A stretch of DNA of 7,400 nucleotides from Octopus sinensis (Eukaryota). Made by a program: the position numbers and the translations under genes. The DNA lies in NCBI RefSeq assembly GCF_006345805.1, contig NW_021828843.1:1-7400 (forward strand), in the 5' to 3' direction. Below are positions 1-7,192 of the stretch, piece by piece. Below the pieces are notes generated by a model. It had not been told where the DNA came from. It searched no databases and saw only the letters and a list, made by a program, of their open reading frames with translations. Position 1 is the stretch's first letter, and every line of letters starts with the position of its first letter.

Positions 1-97
1 AGTAAATCCCAATGTCTCGACCACGGTCGAACAATGATGATGGATGAAACCTATCTATAATGACTATTGGAAACAGATGTAAGTTAAACTTCCTATA

Positions 98-266
98 GGC
101 GCAGGAGTGGCTGTGTGGTAAGCAGCTTGCTAACCAGCCACATGTTCCGGGTTCAGTCCCACTGCGTGGCATCTTGGCAAGTGTCTTCTGCTATAGCCCC
201 GGCTGACCAATGCCTTGTGAGTGGATTGGTAGATGGAAACTGAAAGAAGCCTGTCGTATATATGTA

Positions 267-316
<50 letters not shown>

Positions 317-545
317 TATATAAGTGTGTGTGTATATGTTTGTGTGTCTGTGCTTGTCCCCCTAGCATTGCTTGACAACTGATGCTGGTGTGTTTACGTC
401 CCCGTCACTTAGCGGTTCGGCAAAAGAGACCGATAGAATAAGTACTGGGCTTACAAAAAGAATAAGTCCCGGGGTCGAGTTGCTCGACTAAAGGCGGTGC
501 TCCAGCATGGCCGCAGTCAAATGACTGAAACAAGTAGAAGAGAGA
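98..545 (+). mobile_element. tRNA-derived SINE, apparently full length and composite, with an internal (TA)n/(TG)n tract (SINE type 1)
   Basis: The head starts GGCGCAGGAG. A-box-like TGGCTGTGTGG at 108-118 and B-box-like GGTTCAGTCCC at 150-160 have tRNA-like spacing. The segment CATCTTGGCAAGTGTCTTCT (170-189) resembles the start of the CORE-SINE domain. The 3' half (~349-545) contains GATAGAATAAGTAC...GGGGTCGAGTTGCTCGAC, also seen in the other SINEs here, and ends in an A-rich tail. I recall it as an abundant Octopus SINE (tRNA-derived OK/OR1/OR2 families are described in octopus) but do not assign a family name. No target-site duplication was found and the 3' boundary is approximate. Confidence 0.85.
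257..348. repeat. (TA)n grading into (TG)n microsatellite inside SINE type 1
   Basis: Near-pure TA run to about 322, then GTGTGTGTATATGTTTGTGTGT; read directly from the sequence. Confidence 0.95.
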
Positions 546-560
546 TAATAAACGTATTAT

Positions 561-680
561 CCCCAAGAAGCGCTTTTCATTAATGTTTTCCTATGTTCGA
601 AACGTCGAAACTCTCCCTTTTCACCGAGCGTGAAACTAATACATTGCTTGTGCACGTCCCGTTGTTTTGTAATTGTTATT
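561..680 (+). mobile_element. Possible decayed Penelope-like element terminal fragment (hammerhead-like relic)
   Basis: CGAAACGTC at 598-606 is preceded by CCCCAAGAAGCGC at 561-573. This is the layout of CTGANGA(A)-stem II-GAAACGTC in minimal type I hammerheads of Penelope-like elements. The CTGA core is missing and stem II is interrupted, so support is weak. Confidence 0.3.
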
Positions 681-730
681 TTAATGTTCGGATACTCAAT
701 TTGACTATATGAATGTATAAATATATATAT

Positions 731-864
731 TTCTTTACTACCCACAAGGGGCTAAACAGAGAGGGAACAAACAAGGACAGACAAATGGATTAAGTCGATT
801 ACATCGACCCCAGTGCGTGACTGGTACTTATTTAATCGACCCCGAAAGGATGAAAGGCAAAGTT
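731..864 (-). mobile_element. SINE type 2, 3' portion (core plus tail variant A), 5'-truncated
   Basis: Positions 812-864 align with 990-1042 at 41/53 identity (counted by hand). It contains ACTGGTACTTAT (820-831) and the GTCGAT-TAC-ATCGAC hairpin (794-808). On the minus strand it runs out into a (TA)n tail at about 716-731. It breaks off before the B box. Confidence 0.8.
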
Positions 865-904
865 GGGGGTTGTCGATGGACTCTACCCGTGTACTGGTAC
901 TTAT
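865..904 (-). mobile_element. Short diverged SINE type 2 core fragment
   Basis: GGGGGTTGTCGATGGACTCTACCCGTGTACTGGTACTTAT aligns loosely with 792-831 and ends in the exact 12-mer ACTGGTACTTAT (893-904). Confidence 0.45.
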
Positions 905-911
905 CGAGCTC

Positions 912-984
912 ATAAGTACCAGTTATGCACTGGGGATCAATGTCATCGACTTAAACCCTTCCCCACAAAATTTGAGGCTTTGTA
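912..984 (+). mobile_element. SINE type 2, 3' fragment (core plus tail variant B) in the opposite orientation
   Basis: Positions 912-952 are an imperfect reverse complement of 792-831. The continuation CCCTTCCCCACAAAATTTGAGGCTTTGTAC resembles the tails at about 7060-7100 (+) and 7205-7245 (-), not the tail at 731-790. Confidence 0.75.
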
Positions 985-987
985 CTT

Positions 988-1126
988 CCAGTACTCAACT
1001 GGTACTTATTTTATCGACTCCGAAGGAACGAAAAGTAAAGATGACCTGGGCAGAATTTGAACTCAGAATGTAAAACCGAAAGAAATATCGCTAAGCATTT
1101 TGTCCGGTGTGCTAACGGTTCCGCCA
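988..1126 (-). mobile_element. SINE type 2, 5' portion (tRNA-derived head plus core), 3'-truncated
   Basis: On the minus strand the A box is TGGCGGAACCG (1126-1116) and the B-box-like motif is GAGTTCAAATTC (1064-1053). It is collinear with 7257-7396. Confidence 0.85.
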
Positions 1127-1178
1127 TAATAATGCTTTTCGATTTCGTGCCGAAGGACTACTGTCTGAAATATCAAAG

Positions 1179-1302
1179 TTTCTTTCTCTCTCTTCCACTC
1201 CCTCAAGCCCTCCCTCTCTCTGTCTCTCACTAATTCTTTCTCTTTCTCTGTTTCCCTCTGCCTGTCTTATTCACAAACTCCTTCACACACACACACACAC
1301 AC
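1179..1302. repeat. CT-rich low-complexity tract followed by (CA)n at 1284-1302
   Basis: Polypyrimidine-rich 1179-1271, then a short pure CA run. Confidence 0.85.
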
Positions 1303-1384
1303 TTGCTTTAAGTGTAAAATTAATAGCTAAACACCGTTGTTATTCGCTATTTTCGGTTTGTATTTTTTCTTTTGCTTCATTATC

Positions 1385-1501
1385 ACTACTACTACTACTG
1401 CTACTACTACCACCACCACCACCATCAACACCACCACCACTACTACTACTACTACAACTACTACCACTACAACTACTACTACCACTACTACTACTACTAC
1501 T
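1385..1501. repeat. Compound (ACT)n/(ACC)n trinucleotide microsatellite
   Basis: Alternating ACT and ACC runs in constant phase. Confidence 0.95.
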
Positions 1502-2085
1502 GTTATTATTATTTATTACTATTATTATTATTATTATTATTATTATTTTCATTATTATTATTATTATTATTAGTATATTATCATTATCATTATTATTCTT
1601 ATAGTATTATTAGTATTATTATAATTATTATTATTATTATTAGTTATAGTATTATATTATTATTGTTATTATTATTTTATTATATTATTATTATATTATT
1701 ATTATTATTGTTGTTATTATTATTATTATTATTTTGGTATATTATTATTATTGTTATTATTATTTATTATTATTGTTATTATTATTATTATTCTATTGTT
1801 AGTATTATTATTCTATTATTATTATTTTATTATTATTATTTTATTATATTGTTATTATAATTATTAATTATTATTATTATTATTATTATTATATTATTAT
1901 TATTATTATTATTATTAGTGTTATTATTATTATTATTATGTTATTATTATTATTATATTATTATTATTATTATTATTATTGTTATTATTATTATTATTAT
2001 TATTATTGTTTATTATTATATTATTATTATTAGTATTCTTATTATTTGGTATTATATTATTGTATTATTATTATTGTTAGTGTTA
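1502..2085. repeat. Long imperfect (ATT)n microsatellite
   Basis: About 580 bp of ATT with GTT/AGT/ATA interruptions and single-base phase slips. Confidence 0.97.
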
Positions 2086-2398
2086 TTTTTGCTTTGCTTT
2101 TGATTATGATCCTGATTACTTCTTCACCGGATTCCTCGATTGATACTTTATCTGATCGATAGACCCTCCTACCACCAACGCCACCACTACCACCGCTACC
2201 ATTACCACTGGAGGGTTAAAAAGAAAAAGGGGGCAGTATCGACTAACTCCCTTTTCCGCTACCGTATAAAAGTTCGATTTAACGATCTAAACTACTAAAG
2301 CCTCTTCCAACAACCCCTTAACCCCTATTTATGGCCCCGCGTACCTAAGAAAGACAAAATCAAAATATTTTAGTTAAGCATGCGAGATAGGTATGGAA

Positions 2399-2892
2399 GT
2401 GTGTGTGTGTATATATACCTTTATATATATGTATGTATATATTTGTATATATATATGTATATATATATTTGTATATTATATGTATAATTATAGTATATAC
2501 ATATGTATATACATATATATATATACAATACATATATACAGATATATATTATATATAAAATATATATTATATATACATATATATATATATATAAATATAT
2601 ATATACATATATACATACATACACATATATATATAGTATATATATATATAGAAGTATATATATAAGTATTTGTATATGTGTATATATATAGTATATGTAT
2701 GTATATATGCATATTTATATGCATATATATATATATAATATATATATATTCATATTATATATATATATACATATATATATATATTATAATTATATATATT
2801 CATATTATATATATACATATATGTATTATATATATGCATGTATACATACATATATATATATATATAAATATATATATATGCATGCACATATA
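2399..2892. repeat. Long imperfect (TA)n microsatellite with TG/CA interruptions
   Basis: About 490 bp. It includes an internal 25-bp duplication, TATATATATTCATATTATATATATA, at 2741-2765 and 2791-2815. Confidence 0.97.
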
Positions 2893-2989
2893 CAAGATAG
2901 GTGTATATAACAGGAAATTCTACAGACAGGTATCCGTCATTCTCCAGGAGTGCCAACCAAATACAATGGTGGAATATGGGGAAGAATAA

Positions 2990-3313
2990 GGAGAGGGGAA
3001 AGGAAAAGATGCGGAAGAGGAGGAGAGGAGGATGAACGAGGGGGAGTAGGAGAGGAAGAAGCAGTTGAAATAGGTGGGAGGTGGGAGGAGTTGATGATGA
3101 TGGTAGTTGGGGTGAGGGTGATGGTGGTGGTGGTTGGTGATGGTGGTAATGGTGGAAACGAAGGCAGTTTTGGTAAAAAGTGGAAGAAAGGGTTTGGTAG
3201 AGGGGGCAGAATTCTAGGACTATAGGGAAAGGTGTTGAGTGAGGGGGTGAGGAATCGAGGGACAGAAGATGTATGATGGTGGTGGTGGTGGTGGTGGTGG
3301 GGGGGGGGGGGGG
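2990..3313. repeat. Purine-rich (GGA/GAG) low-complexity tract grading into (GGT/GAT)n and a G15 run
   Basis: Almost C-free on the + strand. (GGT)n runs about 3278-3300 and the G homopolymer spans 3299-3313. Confidence 0.85.
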
Positions 3314-3379
3314 AACTGATTCAAATTTGAAAAAAACTTTTGAAGGGGGTGACGTATGAGTAATAACTCAAAGTTGTAA

Positions 3380-3411
3380 GGGGGCGGGCGGGCGGGCGGG
3401 CGGGAATGGGG
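3380..3411 (+). other. (GGGC)n array, canonical G-quadruplex-forming motif
   Basis: GGGGGC-GGGC-GGGC-GGGC-GGGC-GGG-AAT-GGGG gives seven tracts of at least 3 G, six of them linked by single-C loops. It also contains overlapping GGGCGG GC boxes. Confidence 0.75.
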
Positions 3412-3600
3412 TTATTGGTAGGCTGGTAGGTTGGTAGGTTGGTGGGATTTGTTTAAAAGGGGGGTGGAGTGGAGGGGGAAAAGAGGTGGGTGGGAATAGG
3501 AGGAGTAGCGTAAGGGTGTAACACGAAAGATGACGTGGGACAAGGGGCGAACACCACCGGTACCCGACGCCATCGGCGTAAAAGGGACGATCACAGCAGC

Positions 3601-3613
3601 AGTATTGGTGTTG

Positions 3614-3651
<38 letters not shown>

Positions 3652-3678
3652 GGTAGTTGGAGTAGTTGTTGAGGTGGT
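3601..3678. repeat. (AGT)n/(GGT)n microsatellite
   Basis: Pure AGT run about 3615-3641, followed by GGT/AGT. Confidence 0.92.
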
Positions 3679-3693
3679 ACTAATTTCAGCTAA

Positions 3694-4329
<636 letters not shown>

Positions 4330-4399
4330 GCTACATTATCAAGGCTACCTGCGCCACCCGCTTCACTGTCACTGTCGTCGTCGCCACCTTCCTCCTTCT

Positions 4400-4485
4400 C
4401 TTCTTCATCACCATCATCATCGTCATAACCACCACCAGCACCACCTCTACCAACACCAGCTTCTGCCTGTAATTCCAGACTACTA

Positions 4486-4546
<61 letters not shown>

Positions 4547-4583
4547 CACTACCACTACCACTACTACTACTACTACTACTACT
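4400..4583. repeat. (ACC/ATC)-rich tract followed by near-pure (ACT)n at 4479-4583
   Basis: Read directly from the sequence; occasional ACC interruptions in the ACT run. Confidence 0.92.
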
Positions 4584-4611
4584 TCTCTATGAGAAGCGAC
4601 ATGGGAATTAC

Positions 4612-4746
4612 CACCCCTGTCTCCCTACCCCTTCATTCTCTTCCTTCTCTACCCCTGCCTCACTTTCTCCCTCTCTCTCCCTCTCTTCTCCCTTGCTTCC
4701 TCGACGATGCCCTCATCTCCTACCTCACCCCACACGCTCTTTCCTT
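4612..4746. repeat. Pyrimidine-rich (CT/CCT) low-complexity tract
   Basis: Strong C+T bias on the + strand. Confidence 0.8.
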
Positions 4747-4835
4747 TTGAACTGATGTGCAGTTGTTTGTTGCAGGTGTGATTGCTGCCTTGAATGTCAC
4801 AGAGGTGGGAGGAATGGTGATAGGAGAAGGAGAAG

Positions 4836-5510
4836 CGGTGGTGGCGATGGTGTAGTGCTGGTGGTGGTGGTGGTGGTAGTGGTGGTGGTGGTGGTGGTGG
4901 TGATAGCGGTTGCGGCCGCTGGTGGTGGTGGTGGTGGTGGTGGTGATTATGACGGTGGTCGTGGCTGGGGTGGTGGTGGATGTGGAGGTGGTGGTGGTTG
5001 TAGTGTTCTCCTTACTGTTAGTGGTGGTGTTGGTGATGGTAGTGGTGGTGATGGTGGTGGTGGTGATGGTGATGTTGGTGGTGGTGGTAGTGGTGGTGAT
5101 GGTGGTGGTGATGGTGATGTTGGTGGTGGTGGTAGTGGTGGTGATGGTGGTGGTGGTGATGGTGATGTTGGTGGTGGTGGTAGTGGTGGTGATGGTGGTG
5201 GTGGTGGTGATGGTGATGTTGGTGGTGGTGGTAGTGGTGGTGATGGTGGTGGTGGTGATGGTGATGTTGGTGGTGGTGTTGGTGATGGTAGTGGTTCTGC
5301 TGTTGTTGGTTGTGTTGTTGTTGTTGGTGGTGGTGGTAGTGGTGGTGATGGTGGCGGCGGCGGTGGTGGTGATGGTGGTGGTGATGATTGTGGCGGTGGT
5401 CGTGGCTGAGATGGTGGTGGTGGATGTAGAGGTGGTGGCTGTGGTGGTGGTGGTTCTGCTGCGGGTGGTGTTAGTGGAGATAGTTGTGGTGGTAGTGGTG
5501 GTGGTGGTGA
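4836..5510. repeat. Compound (GGT)n-based low-complexity array
   Basis: GGT backbone with GAT/AGT/GTT/GGC variants and internal duplications. Confidence 0.95.
5041..5280. repeat. Minisatellite of 5 units (48, 45, 48, 51 and 48 bp)
   Basis: Unit AGT-GGT-GGT-GAT-(GGT)3-5-GAT-GGT-GAT-GTT-(GGT)4, starting at 5041, 5089, 5134, 5182 and 5233. The last triplet of unit 5 is GTT. Confidence 0.92.
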
Positions 5511-5736
5511 ATGCAATGTATGTGAAGAGCAGAGTTGAGAAGGGGTCGGGAAAACTGGAATTTTTTGCTGTTGCGTTTAGCCGTAGGTCACCTGCATTTG
5601 CACAGATTAACAAAGACATTCCAAGCATGACCATCGCATTGTTTTACATACCTACGCGGAAAAAACAAGTCGGTCTCTTTTTCTTTTCCAGTAGGGATTT
5701 TTTGTGTTTGTGTTTGGTTGTAACTATGTAGGATGT

Positions 5737-6000
5737 GAGTGTGTGTGGGTGTGTGTGTATGAGTGTGTGGGTGTGTGTGTGTATGAGTGTGTGGGTGTGT
5801 GTGTATGAGTGTGTGTGTGTGTGTGTGAGTGTGTGGGTGTGTGTGTATGAGTGTGTGTGTGTGTGTGAGTGTGTGTGGGTGTGTGTGTATGAGTGTGTGG
5901 GTGTGTGTGTATGAGTGTGTGGGTGTGGGTGTATGAGTGTGTGGGTGTGTGTGTATCAGTGTGTGGGTGTGTGTGTATCAGTGTGTGGGTGTGTGTGTAT
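5737..6000. repeat. Minisatellite of about 22 bp x 12, consensus GAGTGTGTGGGTGTGTGTGTAT
   Basis: Units start at 5737, 5761, 5785, 5807, 5827, 5849, 5867, 5891, 5913, 5935, 5957 and 5979 (18-24 bp each). The last two begin CAG. Confidence 0.9.
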
Positions 6001-6630
6001 GAGTGAGTGGGTCTGTGTAAGTGTATATGTGTGTGTGTTAGTGTGTGAGAGTGTGTGTGTTTCAGTGTGTGAGTGTGTGTCTCAGTGTACGAATGAGTGT
6101 GTGCGTGTGTGTGTGAGAGAGAGAGTTTGTGAGCATGTTTGTGTGTGGGGGTGTGTGCGTGTGTCTGTCAGTGTGTGTGTGCGTGCGTGTGTGTGTGAGT
6201 GTGTGTGCGCGTGTGTGTGTGAGCGTGTTTGTGCGTGAGAGTGTGGGTGTGTGTTTGTTTGTGTGGGTGTGTGTCAGTGTGTGTGTGAAAGCGTGTGTAA
6301 GTGTGCGTGTGTCAGTGTGCGTGTGTTTGTGTGTGTGTGTACTAGAGTGTATGAGCGTGTGTAGGTGTGAATCTTTGTGTGTGTTCGTGTGCGTGGGCAT
6401 GTGTGTGTGGGTATATAAGCGTGAGTATTTGCGTGTGTATGTATGTGAGCGTATATGTATGTTTGTCTGCATATTTGAAAATGTGTTTGTATGTATTTGT
6501 ATGTGTGTGTGTACATGCGTGTGAGAGTATGGTTGCGTGCCTGATTATATGTGTATGTGAATATGTAAGCATATTTTATGCGCATTTTCTGTGTGTGTAC
6601 GTAAGTGTGTGCACACGTGCGTGCGCGTGT
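5737..6630. repeat. Long imperfect (GT)n array
   Basis: About 890 bp, progressively more degenerate toward the 3' end (GC, GA and AT variants). Confidence 0.96.
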
Positions 6631-6896
6631 CGTTTAGTTACAGTTAACCTTCAATAAGTAGATTTCTGATCAAGGTAATTCCATCCGTGACAGCCTCGAC
6701 TATTTCCCAATGGCCACACAATTCAACGTTCACTTTCGATAATCAAAACACCAATCACATCCCAATATTGGCGCGGGGTTGGGTGTGGTGGAGGTGATTG
6801 TATCATTTATCGATTAAATTGATCACACCCTTTTTCTCCAAATTTATAGCATTGTGTCTGTTAGAAATCCTTATTACCTCCGCAACCCCCACCCTA

Positions 6897-7103
6897 GGGA
6901 GGTTAGTAGAATCGTTTGACCTTCGGAGAAAAAAAAATGCTTGCGTTATTTCTTCCGGCTTGTTACGAACGGAGTTCAAATGCAACCGGGATCAAAATTT
7001 CTTTTAATCATTTCAGGGTCAATAAATTGAAATGAAGTTCCAAAGATATACCACGGTATTGACTAAACATCTTCCTTCAGATTTTCTGGCCTTGCATCTA
7101 AAT
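6897..7103 (+). mobile_element. Old, diverged, near-full-length SINE type 2
   Basis: Decayed A box TAGTAGAATCG (6904-6914), AAAATGCTT, B-box-like GAGTTCAAATGC (6972-6983), core TTTCAGGGTCAATAAA (7011-7026) and tail ATTGACTAAAC...ATTTTCTGGCCTTG. All occur in the same order as in the reverse complement of 988-1126 and 7193-7396. Boundaries are approximate. Confidence 0.7.
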
Positions 7104-7192
7104 CAGGGGTCAATAACAACCCTTTGATTTCTATTTCATTCCTGTGGGCCTCCGTTGCCATTCAATGTTTTTAAAAAATCTTATTTTAATTC

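Noticed and set aside
17-30. TCGACC-AC-GGTCGA inverted repeat, followed by ATGATGATG (possible tail of an upstream element)
   Set aside because: A 6-bp stem with a 2-nt loop at the window edge is too short, and the upstream context is missing.
98-170. tRNA gene
   Set aside because: A and B boxes are present, but I cannot fold a full cloverleaf with a paired acceptor stem, and the sequence runs straight into a SINE body. It is a SINE head.
130-1073. Short ORFs overlapping the SINEs (130-378, 153-368, 557-745, 813-1073, 863-1060)
   Set aside because: They are chance open frames across SINE and TA-repeat sequence, with no recognisable protein motif.
2163-2216. 7-bp inverted repeat ACCCTCC/GGAGGGT enclosing an ACC-rich spacer (mini-MITE?)
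   Set aside because: Arms this short are expected by chance and there is no target-site duplication.
2914-2929. Possible 16-nt micro-exon (CAG|GAAATTCTACAGACAG|GTATCC)
   Set aside because: There is no polypyrimidine tract, the donor is weak and there is no supporting neighbouring exon.
1337-2989. Poly-Thr/Tyr/Ile/Leu and YI-repeat ORFs
   Set aside because: They are direct translations of ACT, ATT and TA microsatellites and are open in several frames at once.
3299-3313. G15 homopolymer as a functional element on its own
   Set aside because: It could be a degenerate end of the GGT run or a sequencing/assembly artefact; its length is unreliable without reads.
4855-5731. Gly-rich (4855-5409 +), Val-rich (4910-5731 +) and extensin-like Pro-rich (4947-5516 -) ORFs
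   Set aside because: All derive from the same GGT array that is open in four frames. The Pro frame has a stop in one of two duplicated segments. The similarity to glycine-rich or extensin proteins is compositional only.
5737-6000. Resemblance to budding-yeast TG1-3 telomeric repeats, or to a CRISPR-like array
   Set aside because: The strict ~22-bp periodicity without unique spacers, the internal location among animal SINEs and the absence of cas genes indicate a GT-derived minisatellite.
5915-6657. Cys/Val- and His/Thr-rich ORFs (metallothionein-like appearance)
   Set aside because: They are translations of (GT)n/(AC)n and are open on both strands.
6798-7007. ORFs 6798-7007 (+) and 6803-6985 (-)
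   Set aside because: They are short, have no recognisable domain, and largely overlap the decayed SINE at 6897-7103.
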